Shown piece by piece: positions 1 to 6,865 of a stretch of 46,756 nt of DNA. Location of the stretch: IMG/VR virus record IMGVR_UViG_3300045988_161382; one strand, 5' to 3'. The first letter of the stretch is position 1. Each line of letters opens with the position of its first letter. The DNA is from a virus. Made by a program: the position numbers and the translations under genes. The notes beneath the pieces were generated by a model, which was given only the letters and a program-made list of their open reading frames with translations, ran no database searches and was not told the origin of the DNA.

Positions 1-79
1 TATCGACCTTCAAGAAGTCAATGCTGGTTTGATGCCTGAATGGAAATACAAAGTCAAATGGCAAGGCATGAGTGAAGAA
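1..79. repeat. 79-bp terminal overlap, identical to 46678-46756 (circular closure of the contig)
   Basis: Bases 1-79 (tatcgaccttcaagaag...agtgaagaa) recur exactly at 46678-46756. The repeat lies within one continuous reading frame (portal). Confidence 0.9.
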
Positions 80-172
80 GAAGCAAAAAGAGAAGTTGCA
101 GAAAATTCAGATGAAGGCGTTGAATACGATGATGAAGATGATGATACAGAAGAGGATGTAAATGTTAACTGA
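2..172 (+). CDS. portal protein, C-terminal end (continues 45380-46756 across the circular junction)
   Basis: The frame open from position 2 is the same frame as the end of the window. It ends in an acidic tail (EYDDEDDDTEEDVNVN) and TGA at 170-172. Confidence 0.8.
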   Translation: MDLQEVNAGLMPEWKYKVKWQGMSEEEAKREVAENSDEGVEYDDEDDDTEEDVNVN

Positions 173-1484
173 TAAATTTTTAGAAGAGTCAGGTGATGAT
201 GTCTCAAATGACTTCAGCACATTGGAAACTCTTCTTTTAATTTGGATGGGTTTGCGTTTAAGAAACCTTGCATTTTTAGAAGATATCGAAGAAGAGTATC
301 CAAAATGGAAAAATAAATCCTGTAGAGAGTTTTTTGAATATTCGGGTACTGAATTTCAAAAAGTAAAGAAATCGTCTCAAAGCAAAGTAAAAACAGCTAT
401 CAAGAGCGGCATAGCAATGACAGTAAGCAATATCTTTTCAAGATTAAAAGATACTGATTCTCAAACTTCTAAAAAAGACATGATGAACAGGTCAAATAAG
501 AATTTGAACAAGGGTATCAAGGATACTCAAGGTGAAATCAAAAATCTTTGCAACGTTTCAAGAAAGTGCACCAACAAGCAGTTTATAAAAGCATGTGATG
601 AAGCATATTCTAAAATTGTTGCAGGAAACAATGCCGACAAGGCCATTGAATCATCAATCAGAAAGCTTTCTCAAAAAGGTATTGAAGTAGTTGGCTATAC
701 TGATCATACAACTTCAATGGATGCTGCAGTTAAAAGAGCAGTTACAAGTGGTGTCAATCAAACGTCTTTGAAGTTTAAAATGGACAACTGCAAAGAGTTG
801 GGAATTAACATTGTAAAGACTTCAAGTCATGGTGGTGCTCGACCATCCCATCAGGAATGGCAGGGCAAGTTGTTTTATCTTCATACTCCTGTAAAAGGTC
901 TACAGAACTTTAAAAAGGCAACGGGATATGGCCGTGTTGATGGTCTAGGAGGAGCAAACTGTAGACATTCTTTTTATGAGGTTACTGATTATGAGTATAA
1001 GAACAATCTGGTTGATACCGAAGAATTTGATAAGAACAGGAATGATGATCAATACGAGCTGGAACAAAAGCAAAGATATTATGAACGCCAGATTCGTTCT
1101 TGGAAGAAAAGAAAGAATATTCTTGATGAATGCGGTGTAGATTCCACTAAAGAAGCTAAAAAGATTAGAGAATGGCAAGATAAACGCTCTCAATTCATTA
1201 AAGAAAGCAATATTCAATTCAAGAAAGAACATGGTATTGATAATGTTCTTAAAAAGGCTTATCCAAGAGAGAAAGTATTTAACAATAGCAAGGTATCAAA
1301 CAAAAAAGGCAGTAAATTATATCATGATGACGAATGGCTACCATTCAATTTTAAACCTAAAAAGGAAGATAAACCAAAAATTAAAATGATTACTAATTCA
1401 GATGAATTTGTTGAAAAAATGATGAAAAAAGTGACCATCGAAAGCGATAATGATGATTTTAAAGAAGGAATAAAAAAAAATTAA
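162..1484 (+). CDS. minor head / head morphogenesis protein, Phage_Mu_F (SPP1 gp7-like)
   Basis: 440-aa ORF that overlaps the portal stop. Motifs HGGARPSHQEWQGKLF and GLGGANCRHSF are typical of MuF/gp7 proteins. Position directly after portal fits. Confidence 0.8.
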   Translation: MLTDKFLEESGDDVSNDFSTLETLLLIWMGLRLRNLAFLEDIEEEYPKWKNKSCREFFEYSGTEFQKVKKSSQSKVKTAIKSGIAMTVSNIFSRLKDTDSQTSKKDMMNRSNKNLNKGIKDTQGEIKNLCNVSRKCTNKQFIKACDEAYSKIVAGNNADKAIESSIRKLSQKGIEVVGYTDHTTSMDAAVKRAVTSGVNQTSLKFKMDNCKELGINIVKTSSHGGARPSHQEWQGKLFYLHTPVKGLQNFKKATGYGRVDGLGGANCRHSFYEVTDYEYKNNLVDTEEFDKNRNDDQYELEQKQRYYERQIRSWKKRKNILDECGVDSTKEAKKIREWQDKRSQFIKESNIQFKKEHGIDNVLKKAYPREKVFNNSKVSNKKGSKLYHDDEWLPFNFKPKKEDKPKIKMITNSDEFVEKMMKKVTIESDNDDFKEGIKKN

Positions 1485-1488
1485 AATC

Positions 1489-2007
1489 ATGCATGAAGAA
1501 GCTACAAAATTCTTGATAAATAAGAAAATTCCTATTAAACAATCAGATACAGAAACAGCATATGATAGTAGCGTTAATACTATCTTTGTAGTTCAAAAAC
1601 ATTTAAAGCCTGGTACCTTAGCGCATGAAGTAGGTCATGCTTTGGTTGATAAAAACAATTTATATGAAAATGAAGAATTGGCAACAATCATGAAAAATGT
1701 TGTTGCTAACGCTAAATATGGAGTTGTAAAGAGAGACGATGAATATTATCTTTCTTTATCCTCTGAAAAGTTCATCAGAAAATATCAGGGTAGAACGTAT
1801 ATAAATGTTACAAAAAAATACAAGAATCTAAAAAAAGGTGAACGTTTAAAAATTGGTGCTTTTGATTATAGAAAATTAGAAGAATATGTCAGTGTTGGCT
1901 ATGAAACTTTTGTAAGCAATCCCCAATTATTGTATGATAAAGATAAAGAATTGTATGATTTTTTTAAGAAAGGTGGATTGTTCAATGAAATCGAAAAAGA
2001 AAAGTGA
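1489..2007 (+). CDS. hypothetical protein with zincin HExxH motif (putative metallopeptidase)
   Basis: 172-aa ORF starting 4 nt after the MuF stop. Signature LAHEVGHALVD. No other family recognised. Confidence 0.55.
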   Translation: MHEEATKFLINKKIPIKQSDTETAYDSSVNTIFVVQKHLKPGTLAHEVGHALVDKNNLYENEELATIMKNVVANAKYGVVKRDDEYYLSLSSEKFIRKYQGRTYINVTKKYKNLKKGERLKIGAFDYRKLEEYVSVGYETFVSNPQLLYDKDKELYDFFKKGGLFNEIEKEK

Positions 2008-2176
2008 TGAAAAAGCGCAAGTTATAGAAATTGTAGTCGATACGGAGGATACAATGACTGAAGAGGAACGAAAGCAATGGGAGGAAGATGAATATTTAGA
2101 TGGAGGACCAGGAAACATTCCTAATTGGTCTAGACATTACAAGCCAAAAGAACCAAAAAAAAATGATGATGAGTGA
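1985..2176 (+). CDS. small acidic hypothetical protein, ends at in-frame TGA
   Basis: ATG 1985 is preceded by AAAGGTGG. Product is 63 aa (MKSKKKSDEKAQVIEIVVDTEDTMTEEE...). An A9 run lies at 2155-2163, just before TGA 2174-2176. Confidence 0.5.
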   Translation: MKSKKKSDEKAQVIEIVVDTEDTMTEEERKQWEEDEYLDGGPGNIPNWSRHYKPKEPKKNDDE

Positions 2177-2368
2177 ATTCAAGAAATAGTTGTTCCTGTT
2201 ACGGAGGAAGAAATTGCTGAAAGAATCAGAAAAGGAAACTATGAATGGACTGAATATGATGGAGATGATACAGCACACCAATTCGATGATTTAACCCCTG
2301 AAGAATTGGAAGAAAAAATGGAAGAATTAAGAAAAAAACTTTTTGGGAATAGAGCCGACAAAAAATAG
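2177..2368 (+). CDS. in-frame continuation after TGA (possible readthrough extension or nonsense-split gene)
   Basis: The same frame stays open for 63 further codons (IQEIVVPVTEEEIAERIRKGNYEW...). It repeats the EIVV..TEEE motif of the first half and has no ATG/GTG/TTG start or RBS of its own. It ends at TAG 2366-2368 inside a terminator hairpin. Confidence 0.4.
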   Translation: MQEIVVPVTEEEIAERIRKGNYEWTEYDGDDTAHQFDDLTPEELEEKMEELRKKLFGNRADKK

Positions 2369-2384
2369 TCGGTTTTTATTTTGC
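2354..2384 (+). terminator. rho-independent terminator
   Basis: Stem GCCGAC / GTCGGT with an 8-nt loop, followed by TTTTTATTTT. Confidence 0.7.
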
Positions 2385-2404
2385 TCAAATTTAAGGAGGA
2401 ACAT

Positions 2405-2551
2405 ATGAAAACTGTAATTAAAGTATTGTTCATTCTTTTAATTGGTTTAAAACTTTTTGATCTATTCATTTGTGGGTTATGGAAAATTCTTATCCCACTT
2501 TTTATTTTCGGTTTAATTATGATTATAGCTTTTATTTTAGAAATTTTTTAG
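2405..2551 (+). CDS. small hydrophobic membrane peptide (48 aa)
   Basis: Strong RBS AAGGAGGA upstream. MKTVIKVLFILLIGLKLFDLFICGLWKILIPLFIFGLIMIIAFILEIF is almost entirely hydrophobic. Below the 60-aa cutoff of the ORF track. Confidence 0.6.
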   Translation: MKTVIKVLFILLIGLKLFDLFICGLWKILIPLFIFGLIMIIAFILEIF

Positions 2552-2569
2552 TAAAAAAGGAGAAAACAA

Positions 2570-2833
2570 ATGGGTTCAGATGAATTTTTAGATTTATGTA
2601 AAAAAGTAGTCAGAGAGTACACAGAAGAACATCTTGATAAAACGGATGGCAAAGTTGATTTTGATGTTTATGCTGTTTGGAGTTGCAAAGCATTGCAAAA
2701 TAGTAAAGCTTTAGCATCAACATCTCTTCCGGACGGAATGTATTACGAATGTACGTATAATGGAGATAAGAAAGAACTTTATTTAGATGCTTATAAGAAA
2801 ATTGAAAATAAATGTATAAAGTTAGGAGAATAG
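2570..2833 (+). CDS. hypothetical protein
   Basis: 87-aa ORF with RBS AAAGGAGAA. No function inferred. Confidence 0.6.
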   Translation: MGSDEFLDLCKKVVREYTEEHLDKTDGKVDFDVYAVWSCKALQNSKALASTSLPDGMYYECTYNGDKKELYLDAYKKIENKCIKLGE

Positions 2834-2837
2834 AAAC

Positions 2838-3314
2838 ATGAAATTTAAAAGAGCGTTTAAACTTATGTATAACGGAGAAAAAATTAAACTTCCATCATGG
2901 GGTGGATATTGGTATTGGGATGATGAAAAGAAAACAGTAATTATGCATACCAAAGATGGCCAAGAATTGGACATTAGAGAAACTGAAAAAGTTATTTATA
3001 CGTTGTCTAATATTCTTGATGATGGATGGGTTCTTGCTGATGAAGAAAACTGCCCAGAATTAGGTGGAGAAGCTACTTTTGGTTTTGATGAAGCTATCAA
3101 ATATCTAAAGCGTGGAATGAAACTTGCTAGAAAAGGTTGGAATGGTAAAGGAATCTTTATTCATTTATGTGAAACAGATGCAACAACAAATCCTTTTGTT
3201 TGTATAGATTCATCTAATTTACAAACCGATAATCTAGATGCAAAGAAAAATATTGTACCTTGGGCACCATCACAAACAGATATGTTAGCGGATGATTGGG
3301 AATTTTTTGAATAG
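2838..3314 (+). CDS. tandem DUF2829-like protein (Tad2-like candidate anti-defence sponge)
   Basis: The C-terminal half, FGFDEAIKYLKRGMKLARKGWNGKG...VPWAPSQTDMLADDWEFFE, matches the DUF2829 signature. The N-terminal half (FKRAFKLMYNGEKIKLPSWGG...LDDGWVLAD) looks like a second degenerate copy. Confidence 0.6.
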   Translation: MKFKRAFKLMYNGEKIKLPSWGGYWYWDDEKKTVIMHTKDGQELDIRETEKVIYTLSNILDDGWVLADEENCPELGGEATFGFDEAIKYLKRGMKLARKGWNGKGIFIHLCETDATTNPFVCIDSSNLQTDNLDAKKNIVPWAPSQTDMLADDWEFFE

Positions 3315-3326
3315 GAGGATGCATAA

Positions 3327-3620
3327 ATGAAATTATTTATATCACAGCCAATGGCAGATAAAACGGATAAAGAAATCTTAGATGAAAGAGAAAGAGTTTT
3401 GCACAATGTAAAAGAATTATTTCCTGATAAAGAAATTGAAGTGATTGATTCATTCTTTGATAGTGAACCAAAAACGCCTCTTTGGTATCTAGGAGAATCC
3501 ATCAAGCTTTTAGGTCAAACTGACATTGCTTATTTCTGCAAGGATTGGGAAAAGTATCGAGGATGCTGTATCGAACATGAATGTTGTGTTAGATACTCAA
3601 TTAAACATGTAGAGGAGTAG
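3327..3620 (+). CDS. DUF4406 / nucleoside 2-deoxyribosyltransferase-like protein
   Basis: 97 aa. MKLFISQPM... and ...TDIAYFCKDWEKYRGCCIEHE resemble the MKIYISGPM ... GWE.S.G..E pattern of that family. Recognition by eye only. Confidence 0.45.
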   Translation: MKLFISQPMADKTDKEILDERERVLHNVKELFPDKEIEVIDSFFDSEPKTPLWYLGESIKLLGQTDIAYFCKDWEKYRGCCIEHECCVRYSIKHVEE

Positions 3621-3634
3621 GGGGGAAGAATAGA

Positions 3635-3820
3635 ATGAATACAGTATATACATTTAGTAATGGTGTTCATGTTGATTCTTCAACAATTGAAAAAATTAAA
3701 AAAGCTTATTTTGAAATAGTAAAAAAAGAGCTTCCAGAAGAAGCTCTTAATTTCGAAGTCAATGATTTTATTCTTGAAGAAATCAAAACACAAATTAAAA
3801 ACAAAAAGATTTGCTTATAA
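3635..3820 (+). CDS. hypothetical protein
   Basis: 61-aa ORF with a GGGGGAAG RBS-like tract upstream. Confidence 0.5.
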   Translation: MNTVYTFSNGVHVDSSTIEKIKKAYFEIVKKELPEEALNFEVNDFILEEIKTQIKNKKICL

Positions 3821-4351
3821 GTGTTTTTCAACAAGATCTTGTAAAGTATAAGATATAATTTTTAATTCTTCATCTTTTGTTGCAGCACGTGTTTGTATTA
3901 GTTCTGTAAAAGGTTTTAATGCAATATCGATATTTTCACAATAAGTTCTATGTTTGGTTTTATATTCAATTTGAAAGCGAAGAGGTATCTCTTCACGAAA
4001 TAATTCAGGTACTTTTAGATTAGTTATAAATGATTGTCCAGGAGCTATAAATGTGCCACAAATATTTTTGAAAGGTGTAATTTCTTTTCTATATGAAAAT
4101 TCAGCTAAATCATGGTCACAAATAAATTTGGTTATTATAGCTCCACTTGATCCATAGTTTTTAATTATTAAATAAAACATTGGATCTTGGTAGTTCGCAG
4201 TTTTGCCACAAACTACAACATAGGGTCTAGTTGATTCTTCAATCATTTTACTATTTTGCTTTAAAGTCATTACTGAAATAACAATCGCAACAATACTTAC
4301 TGTTGTAGATGCAATTATTCCAATAATTTCAATAATATCAGTTGTTGTCAT
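3815..4351 (-). CDS. membrane-anchored hypothetical protein (moron; possible exclusion or abortive-infection function)
   Basis: 178 aa with RBS GGAGGT. N-terminal TM helix IIEIIGIIASTTVSIVAIVISVM. It is the only minus-strand gene inside the late region. Confidence 0.7.
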   Translation of the reverse strand: MTTTDIIEIIGIIASTTVSIVAIVISVMTLKQNSKMIEESTRPYVVVCGKTANYQDPMFYLIIKNYGSSGAIITKFICDHDLAEFSYRKEITPFKNICGTFIAPGQSFITNLKVPELFREEIPLRFQIEYKTKHRTYCENIDIALKPFTELIQTRAATKDEELKIISYTLQDLVEKHL

Positions 4352-4386
4352 TTTTTTACCTCCAGTAATTAGACTTCGATAAATTA

Positions 4387-4415
4387 ATTATATTGAAAGA
4401 GATTGAGAGTGTCTA
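4387..4415 (-). promoter_or_regulatory. sigma-A-type promoter for 3815-4351
   Basis: On the minus strand: TAGACA, 17-nt spacer, TATAAT, about 35 nt upstream of the ATG. Confidence 0.5.
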
Positions 4416-4519
4416 TTTTTGAATGTTATCAAAACAATATAAAGTAATATAAAACGGTATATAAATAGCTTTTTTGAATAAAATTTTAACATATATTGTG
4501 TCAAATTTATTAAAAGCTG

Positions 4520-4528
4520 TGCTATAAT
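4520..4528 (+). promoter_or_regulatory. extended -10 promoter element (TGcTATAAT)
   Basis: TGCTATAAT lies 27 nt upstream of ATG 4555, divergent from the minus-strand promoter. Confidence 0.45.
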
Positions 4529-4554
4529 ACCTTTGAGAAGAGGAGGTTGGTATT

Positions 4555-4722
4555 ATGGCAACAAAGAGTTTTACAAGTGATACATTTGTTCTTAACAACA
4601 ATAACGCCTCTAAGTTTCGTAATATCATGAATAGCAAAAAAAAGGTACGTATTGCAAAAGTTGAAGGACATAAGAATGTTACTAGTAGAGAAGAAATTAT
4701 GAGACTTTTGAATATCAAATAG
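4555..4722 (+). CDS. small basic protein, putative partner (antitoxin?) of the downstream GNAT
   Basis: 55 aa with RBS GAGGAGG. MATKSFTSDTFVLNNNNASKFRNIMNSKKKVRIAKVEGHKNVTSREEIMRLLNIK. Its stop is 10 nt before the GNAT start. Below the ORF-track cutoff. Confidence 0.55.
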   Translation: MATKSFTSDTFVLNNNNASKFRNIMNSKKKVRIAKVEGHKNVTSREEIMRLLNIK

Positions 4723-4732
4723 AGGTTTAATC

Positions 4733-5356
4733 TTGAATTATAGAACTATATCACTAAAAGTTTTAATAGATGAATTTGGAAAGAAGAAAGCATTTGAACT
4801 CCTTTCCAAATTTTCTTGTCCTTTAAATAATGATGTGGAAGAATTTGTACATCAAAAAGCAATACCTTTTGAAAGAGCGGGAATGGCTCGTACATATTTG
4901 GTTGTGGCGGAGGATTCACAAACATCATATGGAATATGTGCTATATATTCCATAACAACAAAATCTATCTCTATCTCAAAAGAAATGACCAATAGTTTTA
5001 GAAAAACGGCATTTGGAACTACATATGCTGTTGGCAATCCTGTAAATACCATACTGATAGGTCAATTAGCTAAAAATTATCAGGATGGAAATGATCAGTA
5101 TATTACTGGTGAAATATTAATGAGTTTGATTATAGATTATGTTAGAAAAATTGATATTCTTGTTCCTAGTGTTTCAGTTTATGTTGAATGTGAAAATAAA
5201 GAATGCCTAAAAAAATATTATGAAAAATATGGTTTTGTTAATTTTTCAACCAATAAAGATGGATTATTACAGTATATTGTCTCAACCAAAAAATTCATTT
5301 CACCTGAATATGAAAAAGAGCATATAAAAGTTGAAAGAGAAAAACAATTAGTATAG
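4733..5356 (+). CDS. GNAT-family acetyltransferase, TacT/KacT toxin-like
   Basis: 207 aa, TTG start. FVHQKAIPFERAGMARTYLV, ILIGQLAKN and YVECENKECLKKYYEKYGFV parallel the RTYV / LLGRLAVD / A..FYek.GF blocks of GNAT toxins. Confidence 0.55.
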   Translation: MNYRTISLKVLIDEFGKKKAFELLSKFSCPLNNDVEEFVHQKAIPFERAGMARTYLVVAEDSQTSYGICAIYSITTKSISISKEMTNSFRKTAFGTTYAVGNPVNTILIGQLAKNYQDGNDQYITGEILMSLIIDYVRKIDILVPSVSVYVECENKECLKKYYEKYGFVNFSTNKDGLLQYIVSTKKFISPEYEKEHIKVEREKQLV

Positions 5357-5361
5357 TTTAT

Positions 5362-5389
5362 AAGCCACGAATAAGTGGCTTTTTATTTT
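5362..5389 (+). terminator. rho-independent terminator
   Basis: Stem AAGCCAC / GTGGCTT with a 6-nt loop, then TTTTATTTT. Confidence 0.8.
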
Positions 5390-5441
5390 GGATGAAAAGA
5401 TATGAAAGAGTATGAAATGATATAAAAAAATAAAAAAGCTC

Positions 5442-5486
5442 TTGACTTTTGTTTGTACAAAATAGTAATATTTGTTTGTACAAAAT
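5442..5486 (+). promoter_or_regulatory. promoter TTGACT-18-TAATAT with two 16-bp direct-repeat operators
   Basis: TTTGTTTGTACAAAAT occurs at 5448-5463 and 5471-5486 (23-bp period). Each copy contains the 10-bp palindrome TTTGTACAAA. The repeats overlap the spacer and lie just downstream of the -10. Confidence 0.6.
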
Positions 5487-5507
5487 TCATAAGAAAGGAG
5501 CGAAAGG

Positions 5508-5681
5508 ATGAGTCCAAGAACTGGACGACCTACAGAAAACCCAAAAAATATAAGAATTGGTGTTAGACTTACTCAAGATGAAAAAGAAATGCTTGATGAA
5601 TGTGAAAAGAAATTGAACTTAACCAAAACTGAAATTATTTCATTGGGTATTCAAAAGGTTTATGAAAGCATAAAAAAATAG
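5508..5681 (+). CDS. ribbon-helix-helix (CopG/MobC-like) DNA-binding protein
   Basis: 57 aa with RBS AAGAAAGGAG. MSPRTGRPTENPKNIRIGVRLTQDEKEMLDE... is a typical RHH N-terminus. Below the ORF-track cutoff. Confidence 0.6.
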   Translation: MSPRTGRPTENPKNIRIGVRLTQDEKEMLDECEKKLNLTKTEIISLGIQKVYESIKK

Positions 5682-5717
5682 TTAGTTGCTCCGTGACCAA
5701 ACATTACAACTAACTAT
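5678..5717 (+). promoter_or_regulatory. perfect 11-bp stem hairpin overlapping the RHH stop codon
   Basis: ATAGTTAGTTG (5678-5688) pairs with CAACTAACTAT (5707-5717) around an 18-nt loop. No T-run follows. Confidence 0.4.
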
Positions 5718-5786
5718 TGCCAAAAGAGGCAAGATTATTGTACTACATTTTGCCTTGGAAAACAATTAAAGAAAGAGGTAAAAAGT

Positions 5787-6074
5787 ATGTTAGAAGAATT
5801 AGATGAAATCATTAGTATAATTAGTGATTTAGATGACAAATTGAATGATTTGGAAAGAATTAATTCAATGGTCATTGTTACATGTGATGCATGTGACCAT
5901 GGAAATGATATCAAACAAGATGTTGCAAATGTTATGGCAATCATCCAATGTCAATTAGAAACGTTAGAAGAAGATATTAGATCAAACATTTATAAATGCA
6001 ATGATTTAACAAGAAACATTCAAGAAACAATTAAAAAAGGAGATTGTCAATATGAACGAACTACAAATATTTAA
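5787..6074 (+). CDS. hypothetical acidic protein
   Basis: 95-aa ORF with RBS AAAGAGG. Overlaps the next gene by 23 nt. Confidence 0.5.
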   Translation: MLEELDEIISIISDLDDKLNDLERINSMVIVTCDACDHGNDIKQDVANVMAIIQCQLETLEEDIRSNIYKCNDLTRNIQETIKKGDCQYERTTNI

Positions 6075-6786
6075 CAATGAAGAGTTTGGAAATATTAGAA
6101 GCTTGGTGATTGGCAATGAACCTTGGCTTGTTGGTAAAGATGTTGCAAGAGCATTAGGGTATGGTGAAGGAAAGTCATTAAATAACGCAGTTGCTAAGCA
6201 TGTCGATGATGAAGATAAGGGGGTCACTGAAATGATGACCCCTGGTGGAAAGCAAAATGTGACCATCATTAATGAATCAGGCTTATATGCTTTAGTCTTT
6301 GGTAGTAAGTTACCATCTGCAAAGAAGTTTAAACATTGGGTAACGAGTGAAGTTCTTCCAACGTTGAGAAAGACTGGTTCATATGCTAAAGTACCAACCG
6401 ACCCAAGAGAATTGCTTATGTTGACAATTAAAGCCCATGAACAAACTGCTCAAAGAGTTGATGTTCTCGAAGAAAAGGTATCTGATTTAGAAAAATCAAC
6501 AACGATTGACAGTTCACAACAATATACGCTTGAAAGAATTGCTAAAACAACTGTAATTAGTGCACTAGGCGGTATTGATTCAAGAGCTTACCAATTAATG
6601 AGCAGAAAGCTTTTCAGCAACATCTGGAGAGACTATAAAAAGTATTTCAAATTAGGCTCATATCGAGATACCCTAAAGACCGATTATGAAAATGCTAAAA
6701 ATTATTTGGAATCATGGTCTCCCGAAGTCAATACAAGCTTGAAAATCAAAGAATACAATAGTCAATTATCAATGGTATTAGATTAA
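6052..6786 (+). CDS. BRO-family antirepressor-like protein (Bro-N domain plus ORF6C-like C-terminus)
   Basis: LQIFNNEEFGNIRSLVIGNEPWLVGKDVARALGY...SGLYALVFGSKLPSAKKFKHWVTSEVLPTLRKTGSY is a classic Bro-N domain. Confidence 0.85.
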   Translation: MNELQIFNNEEFGNIRSLVIGNEPWLVGKDVARALGYGEGKSLNNAVAKHVDDEDKGVTEMMTPGGKQNVTIINESGLYALVFGSKLPSAKKFKHWVTSEVLPTLRKTGSYAKVPTDPRELLMLTIKAHEQTAQRVDVLEEKVSDLEKSTTIDSSQQYTLERIAKTTVISALGGIDSRAYQLMSRKLFSNIWRDYKKYFKLGSYRDTLKTDYENAKNYLESWSPEVNTSLKIKEYNSQLSMVLD

Positions 6787-6805
6787 AAATTAAATATGAA
6801 TATGA

Positions 6806-6832
6806 AGCGAGTTCAAAAGACTCGCTTTTTCT
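6806..6832 (+). terminator. rho-independent terminator
   Basis: Stem AGCGAGT / ACTCGCT with a 7-nt loop, then TTTTT. Confidence 0.7.
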
Positions 6833-6865
6833 ATACGCAATTTTAGAGAAAGGAGGTGTTTTTCA

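Noticed and set aside
1-79. The 79-bp terminal direct repeat as a biological DTR, cos or LTR element
   Set aside because: It lies inside the portal coding sequence with a continuous frame across the junction. This is most simply an assembler overlap of a circular or permuted genome.
945-2469. Minus-strand ORFs 945-1232, 1927-2118, 2096-2281 and 2239-2469, and the long form of 1934-2176
   Set aside because: These are antisense shadows of + strand genes with low-complexity translations and no RBS. For 1934-2176, the RBS-supported ATG at 1985 is preferred.
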